Below the pieces are notes generated by a model. It had not been told where the DNA came from. It saw only the letters and a program-made list of their open reading frames with translations, and searched no databases. Below are positions 28,301 through 38,276 of a stretch of DNA of 64,000 nt, piece after piece. Made by a program: the position numbers and the translations under genes. Source of the DNA: a virus; the IMG/VR virus record IMGVR_UViG_3300030389_003255, positions 1 to 64,000 of that record; one strand, written 5' to 3'. Positions within the stretch are counted from its first letter, which is position 1. Every line of letters begins with the position of its first letter.

Positions 28301-31300
28301 TTCATTCTTCTTTGATGTGTTATATTAGAACCGTAAGCACTAGTCATTCCTCTCATATCATATGGTATCTTTCTATTCGAGTCTGTTTTACCTTCTTCTA
28401 TAACATTTGAAATACCAGAATTAACATTTGGTTTAAACTGATAAGAGGTAAAGTTTCTACTAAAATTATTTTTTCTAACACTGTAAAGTCCAGCAGTTAT
28501 GTTATTAGAACCGTCATCAACTGTAAATTGCTCATCTCCTAATCTTTTAGTATCAGAGTTGAAGGACTTGTATATTGGCATCCCAAATTCTTTATTCATA
28601 TCAGTAGTTCCTAGATGCATATTAAAGGGAACTAAACTAACATTACCATCAGAGGAGAAAGTATGGTGGGGTATTGTTACTATTTTTCCTCCCCATAGGT
28701 GTGCTGAATTGATAACATTTAGATGACTTCTTTTTCTAGTTGATAGAAAAATAACACTTCCTATATCAAAATCTAAAATATTGTTTGCGCTAGTTTGAGT
28801 TCTATCAAGCATCACTGATATTAGCGATGTGTTACTAGATGGGTTTCCGCTACCATATAAGTTAGCAACAGAATCTTGTTGGAATATATCTAAAACATAA
28901 CCAATAAATCCTTTTGTTTCAGTAGCAGAACTAGCAAAGGTTTCGCAATATAATGGGTCGCCAATATTTACATTAGTCAGTGAAGAAGTTTGAAAGACTG
29001 CTTGACCGGAACTTGCATTAACTGTAACAACTGCGGCTTGAGTATAAGTCGTTTCTACTCTCTCAGCGTTAATACCTTCATATTGTATTTTCCTACCTAA
29101 AGTCAAAGGAATATAAGGGGCTAGTTCTATTTCCGTAATATTATCTTTTTTAGATGTAGATACCACTTCAAAGTCAATCAGCGTATCAACTGTGTCAAAT
29201 GCAGTTTCCCCATTACTACCGATTTCATCCTTTAACTTACATTGAAAGGCATTATCGTTTGCTATACTAGAGGGACTATTTATGTGATAGCCAATTGCCG
29301 ATTCATCATTATCATCGTATGCTCCGGTTGTAAGACTAAAAGAACCAAATGATGATGTCCCTACCAGACTTCCTCCTTCTGCCGCATCAAAGCCTAATCC
29401 TAAGTTCATATTGCCCGCAGTAAAGATAACTCCTTTACCGGCAGAACCTACTAAAGAAGTGGGGGAAGAAGAGGCAATATGAGAAGAACCAAGAGCCTTT
29501 GTAAAAATATAATTTTTCTCATTTTGTTTGTATATTGTTTCTCCTGCACTTACTCTAGTTATAGCCCTAGTTATCCCAACTTGGACTAAACTTCCGCTAT
29601 AAGTGCTAACAGAAGTAACTCTGCCAATATATCCATTAATAGAAAATAACAAATCACCAACGACAGGCATTGAAGCAAAACTGGAAGAAGAAACTCCAAA
29701 CTGAATAAGATTATCAAAACACTCTACTTCGTTAGGTGCAGAAGAACCATTACCTGCATATGTTATTGTTAATTTATTATACGGGCTAAATGAAGAATAG
29801 ATAATATCTTCACTAAATGTAGTATCTTTATTGATAACAGGTGATAGTAACTTACTTAGTTTATCTCTACCTTTAATGTCTAAAAAAGTCTGAGAACCCT
29901 CTTTTGCCGTATCTATTTGCTCTACTTCTCCTTCAAACTTAAGAGAATATACAGTATATTCTCCCCTAATAAATTCTAAAGGATTAGTATAGTAACTATC
30001 TCCTGTATAAGATACGGTCATCATAGACTTATCTTTATCAACTGCTGAAATAGTAGCAAATAATTTATTTTCATTTGTGGAATTAAATACAATTTCTAAG
30101 TTGTCTGTTCTATTGATTAAGTTCATTGTGGTTATAATTGTATTATCTGTAGGATTATACGCCCTTCTCGAAAGAATATCATCAGCAGTAGGAGTAAAAC
30201 TTAACGAAGTAAATGATTGAGCATTCTCTGTTCTTTTTTCTGCTCTAACTGTTAAAGTTTGTAGAGTTGCCGGATTAGTAAAAGAACCTATGCTAGACAC
30301 TAACATTATCTTATCTTGTATTTTTACTTCATCTCCTACATTAAGAACCGTTCCTAAATCGTATTCAGTTCTAATGTTAAAGGTATTTGCTGATGCTTCG
30401 GAAACAAAAGAAGCCTTAAGTTCTATAAAATCATCTAGGTTAGCCCTATGTAATAAATTTCTAACCTTATATGGGTCAAAGACATTTATCTTTTTGTTCA
30501 TTATTCTCCCATTATCTACTATTCTACTTTCGGAAAAACTACCTTGATTAATAGAATCTCTGGTTTCATTCTCTATTACTGCTGTAGCCAAATTACTTTT
30601 TTCGGGAGAATGACTGTAATGTAAGTATCTAGTCTGCCCTAGAGTATCTCTAGTTGTTATAGAATTATCACTACTTCTTCTAGCGTTTATGTAAGAATCT
30701 TTATACACATTATAGTCAAGAGAAACTGTTCCTCCTTCATTAGAAGTTGTGTTCCCACCTGCTCCGATATCTAATGTTCTAAGTTTATCAGTCATATTAA
30801 CTACTAAAGAATATTTACTATAGTCAATTATTCTTTTACCAAAGTCTGAGACTGTTCTAAAAGTTATACCGTCCGAAGCGTGTTGTGCTATTGTTACAGT
30901 GGTAGAACTTCCTGCTTTTCCTAAAGCATAATACTTAGTGTTGTGGTCTAGTTCATTTTTTTTGTCTAATCTTTCATTAAAGAAATAAAATAAAGGTCTA
31001 GCGCAAACCAAGTTATCTTTTAAATTAGCACTAGAGGCATCTTGTTTTAACCCAACCGACAAAGCGACAATTTTATTGTTGGTATCATTTATTCCAGTAA
31101 TGATTCTGTATTTTGTTCCTTTTGGTATTTCATTTCCTAATTTTGGCTCAAATTCAAACGCGTCACAGGTGCTAGTCCCATTACCATTATCTTCAACAAT
31201 AAGATTAGTTACTTTAGCAAAATGGTGTTTCTTATCATCATCAGAATGAATTAATACAAAGTAATCTACTGTATCAAAATTATTAAATGTTAAAGTAGAT

Positions 31301-31497
31301 TCACTTTTTATTCTAAAGCCTTTTGTCGTAGCCCCGTTGTTTAGTTCTGAACCTATTGTCATACTAGTGCTAAGGCTATCATCAGCCATAACAATAACAG
31401 AAATAAAATGTCCATCTGTAACACTACTTGTTTCTTGAAACTTTACATTAGTAGGTGCATCATCCTTTGCCGCAGTTGGGTTTGTATTGAAAGCCAT
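25387..31497 (-). CDS. large central tail tip/baseplate hub protein (2036 aa)
   Basis: FEGEVEQI...IKGRDKLSKL hub-like segment, C-terminal NQVIVYG...SIQKIG...LRAGDII; downstream of the tape measure. Confidence 0.7.
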   Translation of the reverse strand: MAFNTNPTAAKDDAPTNVKFQETSSVTDGHFISVIVMADDSLSTSMTIGSELNNGATTKGFRIKSESTLTFNNFDTVDYFVLIHSDDDKKHHFAKVTNLIVEDNGNGTSTCDAFEFEPKLGNEIPKGTKYRIITGINDTNNKIVALSVGLKQDASSANLKDNLVCARPLFYFFNERLDKKNELDHNTKYYALGKAGSSTTVTIAQHASDGITFRTVSDFGKRIIDYSKYSLVVNMTDKLRTLDIGAGGNTTSNEGGTVSLDYNVYKDSYINARRSSDNSITTRDTLGQTRYLHYSHSPEKSNLATAVIENETRDSINQGSFSESRIVDNGRIMNKKINVFDPYKVRNLLHRANLDDFIELKASFVSEASANTFNIRTEYDLGTVLNVGDEVKIQDKIMLVSSIGSFTNPATLQTLTVRAEKRTENAQSFTSLSFTPTADDILSRRAYNPTDNTIITTMNLINRTDNLEIVFNSTNENKLFATISAVDKDKSMMTVSYTGDSYYTNPLEFIRGEYTVYSLKFEGEVEQIDTAKEGSQTFLDIKGRDKLSKLLSPVINKDTTFSEDIIYSSFSPYNKLTITYAGNGSSAPNEVECFDNLIQFGVSSSSFASMPVVGDLLFSINGYIGRVTSVSTYSGSLVQVGITRAITRVSAGETIYKQNEKNYIFTKALGSSHIASSSPTSLVGSAGKGVIFTAGNMNLGLGFDAAEGGSLVGTSSFGSFSLTTGAYDDNDESAIGYHINSPSSIANDNAFQCKLKDEIGSNGETAFDTVDTLIDFEVVSTSKKDNITEIELAPYIPLTLGRKIQYEGINAERVETTYTQAAVVTVNASSGQAVFQTSSLTNVNIGDPLYCETFASSATETKGFIGYVLDIFQQDSVANLYGSGNPSSNTSLISVMLDRTQTSANNILDFDIGSVIFLSTRKRSHLNVINSAHLWGGKIVTIPHHTFSSDGNVSLVPFNMHLGTTDMNKEFGMPIYKSFNSDTKRLGDEQFTVDDGSNNITAGLYSVRKNNFSRNFTSYQFKPNVNSGISNVIEEGKTDSNRKIPYDMRGMTSAYGSNITHQRRMKRNSGILSASPISALGFNSSTSAQSLIFEGKDYSFPRLFLYITCDILPHDVNRCSSIFSNLKTINDYKLLMIDNAKKTDNANIILKDSNFQTLSFNTEQTLSDLKRFNLMRLTECVYDENFNLINPEKATDEFYGENPNSMVNTFFQRIALTGNSITAINGVSNTITFQNSLTLVAGDDIYTSDNKYIATIASNGTTDVHGITGTVRTPDFSSTHSNPIRITNIFSSGIGGRHKIDSIDGTATSRYHPLKGAIIPKTTKYNYGEQSADYAFTKNSGAITMPTDAEVVLPSIYRDKLFNNSLYVATLDGAFTVPSQETVKAVENNSYGGTIGVILDVYDIEDSHHNLEAGNCTGVLGTNAGGIETGGTTIGSREIINVCSLNHFKEFFRTNDSSTKDYTSIESPADGAFIGFKLRLFYNTGSSKISGGVLHRSSGSQIYKTIITPHHPDKTAWLKFVDLTGCYLIEESGSPSVSSVDSIIGNKVQPIYVYAQEVTDGSNQVELYTEVALTNGKAYRIMQPNPVCFYEESPDNIQLFVPRPEYTKKANSEEMYGKQKDNYFFNEGGREYQTTNEAVLSMYVMLDAHEQTSSTNLITTSSTGVLPLGEYELFYSDGDNSFKSNTSSKTLATNVHSLVIKDKKKLNGVVSVSETFIVNSLEELKINPNRACIGSTATIADESESLINELFEEEGLTFDNTSPTFPLFIAPKFIGASLFSAINYVLERKDLSLIINENSFSVKPRDDTIFRTNILIDDDKIVDYETVDSGFDFYNQVIVYGSSHKADKKNLSSIQKIGRKTLEEIDSTLITQQDVDDRASKLLRIHGTLSKKIKVRVIPTGHEQLRAGDIIQFESKQENVGLDNYIVLDVAHPISGFVTVEMGKYSKRLEDVFAELLLQTQATSNTLRALSFNEKSSSVDLLEKVNLKEISLLIRTRSATGTFHLGFAATLNTNTNTFGFAEGSITLTTLLEEDLL

Positions 31498-32735
31498 TAC
31501 TCATCAACCTCCTCGAATCTAAGATACACCAAAGCATCACTATAAGTCGGAGTAAGATTAGTTAAAGTAGAGAACACATCTTTTCTTTTATTCACTATTG
31601 ACAACTCATGAAATTCTCCCATAAATTGTTTATTTGTGCTTGCTGAACCTGCTCCTGTATTTCCTTGACCATTAGCCCCTAAGAATAAATCCTCTCTAGC
31701 AAAGATAAAATCACCAGTATCTTGATGAGTTTCTTTCAGTATTCTAGAACCGTTTAAGTAAATAGAAACTTCTCTACTAGTATTATCAAATGAACATGCT
31801 ATATGAAATGAATTATTTACATAAGCAGGGTCAGCCCTTCCCTTAACAAATACCTCACAACCCGCATTTATTATCGCTTCGTTCTCCGAAGAAATGCTAT
31901 TGTTAGGAAAGTTCAACCTAGTAGTGCCTTTAGCAACAACAAATCCTATGTTTATGTATTGTGAATTTTGCCTTATGAATATATCTGTCTTGCCGTCACT
32001 AGCAAGAGAAACTTCTGTATTATCTAATGAAGAGAAGTTTATCTGTTCTGTTCCACCAAAGCCTAAAGCGGGGTCGTTTACTCCACTAGCCGCAATAGAA
32101 GTAGCGTCACCGATTTTAATATATTCAGTTCTACCATTTACTAACCCAGTTAAATCGTCATCACTAGAATATTTAACAAAAGAAGAACGATTTGGTTCTA
32201 TAACAACAGGGCTAGTAAATGTTCTAACTGCATTACTTCCTATTTTTATCTTAGCCATAATCTTGTATCTAGCAGGATTATTCCTAGTTCTACCTGTCGT
32301 AGAATTAGGATGTGTCCCAGTAAAATCCGAATTCAATGCTTCATTTACTAGAAATAAAGAAAAATTAGTGCTGTGAAAAAGAGCCATTTCATGAGTATCT
32401 CTTTCTGTTTTATCTAGATATGTCTCTCCTTGAAGAACTGCATCGTTGGTTTCTGTAACTAAATGAGCAGGAAATATTTTTTTTGAGGTTAATCTATTAG
32501 GAACTGCCGCTTGACCACTAACATTAGTTCCTGCCCCCATTATATCGTAAGGTGTCACTACTGCCTCTATTGTAAACGAACCAGTATGCGCCCATATTCC
32601 ATAAGTAATATCATCAGTAGTATCGCTAGATGTTCCAGCATCGGGTATATTTTCGGCATAGTCAATAGTAGCAAAACCATTACACATTACAGGAAATACC
32701 AAACTTCTTTGTTTTCCTACGAACACATTATACAT
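31497..32735 (-). CDS. LamG/concanavalin-like tail protein
   Basis: FTIEAVV, FHIACSFD...IYLNG, LFLGA, FMGEFHEL and LVYLRFEE. Confidence 0.7.
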   Translation of the reverse strand: MYNVFVGKQRSLVFPVMCNGFATIDYAENIPDAGTSSDTTDDITYGIWAHTGSFTIEAVVTPYDIMGAGTNVSGQAAVPNRLTSKKIFPAHLVTETNDAVLQGETYLDKTERDTHEMALFHSTNFSLFLVNEALNSDFTGTHPNSTTGRTRNNPARYKIMAKIKIGSNAVRTFTSPVVIEPNRSSFVKYSSDDDLTGLVNGRTEYIKIGDATSIAASGVNDPALGFGGTEQINFSSLDNTEVSLASDGKTDIFIRQNSQYINIGFVVAKGTTRLNFPNNSISSENEAIINAGCEVFVKGRADPAYVNNSFHIACSFDNTSREVSIYLNGSRILKETHQDTGDFIFAREDLFLGANGQGNTGAGSASTNKQFMGEFHELSIVNKRKDVFSTLTNLTPTYSDALVYLRFEEVDE

Positions 32736-32744
32736 CTATTCACC

Positions 32745-33380
32745 TCAAGGCAATACATCTGCAATAGTAAACTCCATACTAAATTCAATTTCAACTGTTT
32801 CGGCCGCTAAAGTAAAACTAAAACTAGATACAAATCCTTTCAGCCCTGTGCTTGTAAGACTAGTGGGAAAATTGTCCCTAGCCAAAAAAGCACCCTGATT
32901 ATCTAGTTCTCCCGCCCCACCTCTAGCCTTGAAGGTAAAAGGTATCTGGGTTGTGCTTGTTCTCTGATTGTAATCCTTATCTACCTTAGAGTCCATTAGA
33001 ATAGTTATTTCTTGAAACGCCTGATATTCATTTATTCCTGTAGCATCTACACCCGAAGCAATGAGTTGTGCAATCTCTTGTGCTGTAAACTCTAACGATT
33101 TAACAGCAGAAGCACTATCATTAGGGTCTATTCTCGTATGACTTCTTTTGAGAGTATCGTCCACAATAAAACCTGTCAAGGACAATCTTCTCTCGGCTTT
33201 ACCAGTATCTAGAGCAATTGTTCTAGACTGACCTAATCCAATTCCGCCAAAGGGAATAGTAAAATTTGGAATATTTTTATCTACACTAAAAGCCGCAGAA
33301 GTTATTTTTAGCGGTATAGTGTCTACCGTTAAATCACTACCACTGAATTTTTGTAATTTTAAGTAAACATAATCTGACAT
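32745..33380 (-). CDS. putative distal tail protein
   Basis: Immediately after the tape measure; RRLSLTGFI and GFVSSFSFT strands. Confidence 0.5.
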   Translation of the reverse strand: MSDYVYLKLQKFSGSDLTVDTIPLKITSAAFSVDKNIPNFTIPFGGIGLGQSRTIALDTGKAERRLSLTGFIVDDTLKRSHTRIDPNDSASAVKSLEFTAQEIAQLIASGVDATGINEYQAFQEITILMDSKVDKDYNQRTSTTQIPFTFKARGGAGELDNQGAFLARDNFPTSLTSTGLKGFVSSFSFTLAAETVEIEFSMEFTIADVLP

Positions 33381-33388
33381 CTAATCAC

Positions 33389-35137
33389 CTATATAGAATT
33401 CCTAAAAGAAGAACGCCTATTTATTTTAGTGCTAACCATTCTTCCTATTTCATCAGCAACCTTTCTCATTTCATCTCTTGATGTATCTTTAGCGTTAATG
33501 GTTATGTTGAAGTTATTTACAGTCGAACCCATCATACTTTTAGTATCTTTATCATTGTAAACTCTAGAACCTGCATTCAATCTAACTAATTCTGCCCCTC
33601 TTTCTCCGACTAATTGCATACCAGTCTTTCTAACTAAACCACCATCAGCATAAGAACCTGCTATATTTATTCCAGAACCTAATTCAATTCCTCCTCCGAT
33701 TTGTTTATTGAAGTTATTAACGGCCTTTGAAAACTTATCTCCAATACCTCCGAAAAAGTCCTTTGTTTTATCAACTGCCGCCCTCACTATGCTCACTCTA
33801 AGAATAGCGTCCTTTAGTCCCTTTAAACCATCTTGTAACAATATACTACCTACTTTGTATACCGCAATACCTATCAAAGCGACTAACCAAACCGGAGCAC
33901 CTAATATGAACGATGTTACTGCAATTAACGCACCTGCGGCTAGAGCAATTTTACCCTTAGTAGATAATTCTGATATTTTCTCTATTATTGTGGCAAATAA
34001 TCCAAATCCTACTCCCGCAACAAAGGTAATTATCGCTCCTCCTAATGTTATTAGTAGGCCTACTGCTAATTGTAATATTCCCCACGATAGCGTTATTATG
34101 CTATTTATGAAATCAGTTAAAGTGCCGTCTCCGAAAAATACATTAAATATTCCTTTTAATCCATTAAAGATATCTTTCATGGCAGGTAAAATTAAACTCA
34201 AACCAAATAAAACTACAGCCTTAGTAGCCGTAAGTGCTTTTTTAATAGTTGGCCCTAATAATTTTAAGATAATATATAATCCTGAAACAAAAGCAAGGAA
34301 GGCTGTAAAAAAGAAAGCCACTCTTCTTCCTATTAATGTAATAGTATTGCCTATTGATTTCATGACATCTGCAAATTTAATATTTTTTAGTTTTTCTAAA
34401 AATTCTTCTCTTTTCTTTTGAAATGGAGTTAGTTGTTTTACAAACCTTCCTGCCCTTTCTCCTTCTCTAAGACCTCTACTAATTCTTCTTCCTGCTATAT
34501 TTTTTCTAGTGTCTAAACCAAAGAATGTTCCTAACTTGCTAGTTCGTATATCCTTTATCATTTTCTTACCTAAGAATCCTCCGCTATAACTTAAGAATTT
34601 GCCGACATTTCCTAATGCTTTCGATAATTTACTGACCTCTTCGGTTGTCTCTGTTATTTCTTTTTTTGCTCTTGGAAATGCAGTTCTTAATGTTCCTCCG
34701 ATAAATTGGAAAGTCAATGCAATCTTATTTAATACAGCGAAAGAACCCGGAACAAAGCCGAAAAAGAACCTTCTAAATTTAGACGCTTCAAAACCTAATA
34801 TTCTAACATCTTCTTCTGTTTTTGTCAAAAACTCGGCAAAGTATTCTAATACTGTTCCGCCTTGTTTCCTATAAGACATTAATGTTCTAGGACTAAACAA
34901 CTCAAATCTTTTGGGGTCTGCTCTTTCCGATAAGTCTTTTAGTGTGTCTTTAAAGATTTGAGTTCTTTTGTTTGCTCTTGTTATGGCTACTCCAAAAGCA
35001 TTTACTTTATTTCCAAATTTGTCTACTTTATCTCCGGCCTCATCAACAAGTGGTGCGGTTTTTTCTAATAGAGATTTAATGTCGTTTAACAACCGCATAG
35101 TAGCGTTATTTGCCATTTGACCTACCATATTAAACAC
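33389..35137 (-). CDS. tail tape measure protein
   Basis: Helical with hydrophobic segments; C-terminal YADGGLV...VGERGAELV...NITIN; follows the tail chaperones. Confidence 0.8.
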   Translation of the reverse strand: MFNMVGQMANNATMRLLNDIKSLLEKTAPLVDEAGDKVDKFGNKVNAFGVAITRANKRTQIFKDTLKDLSERADPKRFELFSPRTLMSYRKQGGTVLEYFAEFLTKTEEDVRILGFEASKFRRFFFGFVPGSFAVLNKIALTFQFIGGTLRTAFPRAKKEITETTEEVSKLSKALGNVGKFLSYSGGFLGKKMIKDIRTSKLGTFFGLDTRKNIAGRRISRGLREGERAGRFVKQLTPFQKKREEFLEKLKNIKFADVMKSIGNTITLIGRRVAFFFTAFLAFVSGLYIILKLLGPTIKKALTATKAVVLFGLSLILPAMKDIFNGLKGIFNVFFGDGTLTDFINSIITLSWGILQLAVGLLITLGGAIITFVAGVGFGLFATIIEKISELSTKGKIALAAGALIAVTSFILGAPVWLVALIGIAVYKVGSILLQDGLKGLKDAILRVSIVRAAVDKTKDFFGGIGDKFSKAVNNFNKQIGGGIELGSGINIAGSYADGGLVRKTGMQLVGERGAELVRLNAGSRVYNDKDTKSMMGSTVNNFNITINAKDTSRDEMRKVADEIGRMVSTKINRRSSFRNSI

Positions 35138-35138
35138 C

Positions 35139-35351
35139 TTAAGTTTTCATTTGTCTTTTAGCCTTCTCCATCTCTTCTGCTTCAAGTTCCTTAACTGTTT
35201 GATGTATAAATAACATTTCCTTAACTAAACTAGCGGGCATTCTATAAACTTCCAACGGACTTATAGAAAAAGTAGTTGCTAAAGTATAAACTACTATTTT
35301 AGATAAGACTTGAGGAGAGCCATTTCCTGTCCTAATTGCTCTCCTCATCAT
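35139..35351 (-). CDS. tail assembly chaperone, T-like (-1 frame extension)
   Basis: Between the G-like gene and the tape measure; SPLEVYRMP; in the -1 frame after a slippery site. Confidence 0.7.
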   Translation of the reverse strand: MMRRAIRTGNGSPQVLSKIVVYTLATTFSISPLEVYRMPASLVKEMLFIHQTVKELEAEEMEKAKRQMKT

Positions 35352-35710
35352 TCGTTTTTTTCTTCATCACCACTTTCTGCTAATGGATTTGGCAAAATCT
35401 CTTTTATTTGGTCGCCAACATAAGGAGTTAATCTAAGAATATCAATTGCTGAAAGACTTGGTTCTGTTTTTACAATAAAGTTTTCAACCATGTATTTGAA
35501 CATGCCATTTATATCAATGTCCATACTTTGCGTTTTAGCATCTATTTTCATTAATGTATTAATGGCTCTATCGACTTCTATCCATGTAGGTTCTTTTACC
35601 CATATTTTTAGATATTCATCGCTTTCAGGTGCTACTTTAATATAATGTAGCGTAGGCTCACTTGGCGCAAATAGCGCACTCTTATCACTTATTATTTTCT
35701 TTTCAGTCAT
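35348..35710 (-). CDS. tail assembly chaperone, G-like
   Basis: Between the tail tube and tape measure; ends in the slippery sequence; start at MTEKK after a GGTGG RBS. Confidence 0.7.
   Translation of the reverse strand: MTEKKIISDKSALFAPSEPTLHYIKVAPESDEYLKIWVKEPTWIEVDRAINTLMKIDAKTQSMDIDINGMFKYMVENFIVKTEPSLSAIDILRLTPYVGDQIKEILPNPLAESGDEEKNE
35354..35360 (-). other. -1 programmed ribosomal frameshift heptamer A AAA AAC
   Basis: Coding strand GAA AAA AAC GAA TGA; a -1 slip gives AAA AAA CGA ATG ATG, in frame with 35139..35351. Confidence 0.7.
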
Positions 35711-35763
35711 ATTATCCACCTTCAAAACCAACAAACAAACAAACGGTGTTGGTGGAATGTAAC

Positions 35764-35901
35764 TTATTCAGACTTTGGTTCTTCTTTTTTCTCCTCAGTC
35801 TTTTTAGTTTCAGTTTTTTTAGCCCTAGACTTCTTAGGCTTTGATTTAGATTCTAACTCTTCTTGCATTCTCTTTAAATTCTTTTGAAATTTAGAACCCA
35901 T
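35764..35901 (-). CDS. small Lys/Glu-rich protein (45 aa, not in ORF track)
   Basis: MGSKFQKNLKRMQEELESKSKPKKSR...; GGGTGA RBS. Confidence 0.5.
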   Translation of the reverse strand: MGSKFQKNLKRMQEELESKSKPKKSRAKKTETKKTEEKKEEPKSE

Positions 35902-35906
35902 TTGAA

Positions 35907-37514
35907 TCACCCTTGTAACATCCAATGAGTTCTAACTTTACATTCTTGTAAGTCTCTTGGCATAATAGTAGCACTAACTTCTATTGGGCCTTTATCGTCG
36001 GGCATTGGAAATTCATTAGCACTTAAGAAATAGTTTTTGAACTTGAGAACTATATTTTCTCCAGTTGATTTAGTAAAAATTAATTCAACATGATTACTTC
36101 CAGTGTTTTCTGTATTATTGATTAGTTCTTTGTATAGTTGATTGTCAGTAACATATCCATTGAATTGTATCTCATATGTTCTTTGAGCAGGCAGAGCCTC
36201 TTGTATAGACTTATTGCCGACTCCCAAATATCTTTTATCTGTTAGAGAGTTATTCATGGTAAGAGTAAGACTAGTTACTTTCAAGAAGTCTACATTGAAT
36301 GCTTTTAAACTTCCATCAGAAAAGAAAAATGGTTCTCTAAGTTCGGAGGCTGATGTAAAATTAAAGAAACTAGTCTCATCTGCTACTCCTCTTCTTGCTG
36401 TATATTCTTCATTAGATTCTAGGTTGTGAACATTTCTAGTATTAGCATTAACTGTCATCTTTACTTCTTCATTTTCGTTAGCAGTCATAGTTAGAGTATT
36501 GACCCTACATCCTCTAGCAATCTTAACGAAGTTAAATGACTCATTTGTTTCTACTGTTTCAGTTTCATAGATATCAGTTCCTCCATCATGGTCTACCAAT
36601 TTACTAAATACTTGTTCTAGTGCAAACGATGGTAATAAATCTCCATCTTGTTCTGCAAAGGTATATTCTATTGCATCTTCAATTTTGCCATTTGTTCCAA
36701 CAGTAGGCAAAGTTACAATATGTAGTCCAGAAATAGCATCTTGAGCAGGATTAACATAGGGAGTCATGACCGTTCCAATTGACCTATGAAAAATTGGCCC
36801 AGTTTCTTCTACATCATCATAATTAATGTATATGCCATTCTCACTAGCGGGAACAGCCCTATTAGCAGGATTGCTACCGCTAAGACCTGCTTCAACTAAT
36901 ACATCACTAGCATTTACATTTCCAATATCTACATTAGTGCATTTACCAAAGAAATAATAGAGCCATGTTCCTTGATTAGCGACAAGGTTGATATCTGCCG
37001 CACCTGCGGTTTCTATTCCCTTGTATTGATAAGTAAAGTTTCTTTTGCCACCTAATGAAATATTTGTTTGTTTCATTTCCACTTCCGTTGTTGGAAAGGT
37101 CAAAGATTCTACTATTCCCAACCAAGTATCGGCTAAGAGTGTTTTCTTATCAGTATTAATTTTTGGAGCAGGACAAGGCGCACCATAATTGTCTATTACA
37201 AAATAGTCCCCGCTACTTAGAGTAGCAGATGGAGTAAATGAGATTGTAGTTGCTGTGTTAGCAGTAATCCTATGGGTGGTTTGTAGAGCATTTCCCGAAC
37301 TATATTTTCTAAATAAACAGCCGACATAAAGGTTATTTACTAAAGAAAAATCTGCTCCAAATACCACATCTGCTACTGTGGTAGTAGTAGACCCGTTAGC
37401 AGTAACCGTAGTTACAGTTCCACTAGTTTCTTGAATTGGAAAATAAATATCCAATTCCGGTATTTTCGTTATGCTTGCTCCACTTCCTAAAAATATATCT
37501 GTATTTTTTACCAT
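35907..37514 (-). CDS. major tail tube protein
   Basis: LPSFALEQ, GCRVNTLTMTA, LTLTMNNSL and RTYEIQF motifs; upstream of the chaperones and tape measure. Confidence 0.75.
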   Translation of the reverse strand: MVKNTDIFLGSGASITKIPELDIYFPIQETSGTVTTVTANGSTTTTVADVVFGADFSLVNNLYVGCLFRKYSSGNALQTTHRITANTATTISFTPSATLSSGDYFVIDNYGAPCPAPKINTDKKTLLADTWLGIVESLTFPTTEVEMKQTNISLGGKRNFTYQYKGIETAGAADINLVANQGTWLYYFFGKCTNVDIGNVNASDVLVEAGLSGSNPANRAVPASENGIYINYDDVEETGPIFHRSIGTVMTPYVNPAQDAISGLHIVTLPTVGTNGKIEDAIEYTFAEQDGDLLPSFALEQVFSKLVDHDGGTDIYETETVETNESFNFVKIARGCRVNTLTMTANENEEVKMTVNANTRNVHNLESNEEYTARRGVADETSFFNFTSASELREPFFFSDGSLKAFNVDFLKVTSLTLTMNNSLTDKRYLGVGNKSIQEALPAQRTYEIQFNGYVTDNQLYKELINNTENTGSNHVELIFTKSTGENIVLKFKNYFLSANEFPMPDDKGPIEVSATIMPRDLQECKVRTHWMLQG

Positions 37515-37548
37515 ATCAAACTCTCTCCCACTACTTACTTACAAACTA

Positions 37549-38076
37549 CTACGGGATGCTTAGTCCAAATCTCTTTACCTCAAGCGATACTTTATATCCA
37601 TATAATCTTTTTGTCCTATCATTACTCTCAGTTCTAGAACCTAAAAACAATTGACTAAACTTAGAGCCATCACTTGCGGTAAATCCTTTTCTATTATCCT
37701 CTATTACTTTTTTTAAAATAGCATATAAATCTCTTAGTCTATCTCTTCCATAATTTAGATTGTTATTTGCTCTTTCGTCATGTATAACCCTAAGATGTAA
37801 AGTAAAAGAATAAGTTTCATTTCTAATATCGTAATGAATTGTTGGGTAGTCTATGCTTTGAGAATCTTCAAAGACTAATATGGTTGCCCCACCACCACTG
37901 TTACTCATATCATATCTATTTCCCTTATTAGGTTGTAAAGTCCTAACATCAATTATAGTAGGTATTGTTATAGTATTATCTAAAGATAAAGCATCTCTAG
38001 CCCTACTCCATCGAGAAGAACTTTGCCCTGCATCAGTCCCCGTTAGTAATTCTACGATAATACTGACTTCATCCAT
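37549..38076 (-). CDS. putative tail terminator/completion protein
   Basis: Size and position between the adaptor and tail tube. Confidence 0.5.
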   Translation of the reverse strand: MDEVSIIVELLTGTDAGQSSSRWSRARDALSLDNTITIPTIIDVRTLQPNKGNRYDMSNSGGGATILVFEDSQSIDYPTIHYDIRNETYSFTLHLRVIHDERANNNLNYGRDRLRDLYAILKKVIEDNRKGFTASDGSKFSQLFLGSRTESNDRTKRLYGYKVSLEVKRFGLSIP

Positions 38077-38276
38077 GCTTCTACCTCTTCTTTAATTGAA
38101 TTATTGACTTTTTTTAATATCTCTTCTTGTGCAAATTTGGCAACCTCTTCATCACTAAAACTGATATCAATACCTAATTGCTCTGATAGTTGTTGCGTTA
38201 CCAATTGCCTTTCTTTCTGTATTCTAATTAATTCATCAATTTCTTTCATATCAATATAGAAGGCCATAGTAATCAA
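38052..38276 (-). CDS. hypothetical protein
   Basis: 74 aa ORF in the neck region. Confidence 0.5.
   Translation of the reverse strand: MITMAFYIDMKEIDELIRIQKERQLVTQQLSEQLGIDISFSDEEVAKFAQEEILKKVNNSIKEEVEAWMKSVLS

Noticed and set aside
23711-34421. Long + strand ORFs (23711..24526, 31894..32376, 33708..34421 and similar)
   Set aside because: They are antisense shadows of well-supported - strand tail genes and have no recognisable motifs.
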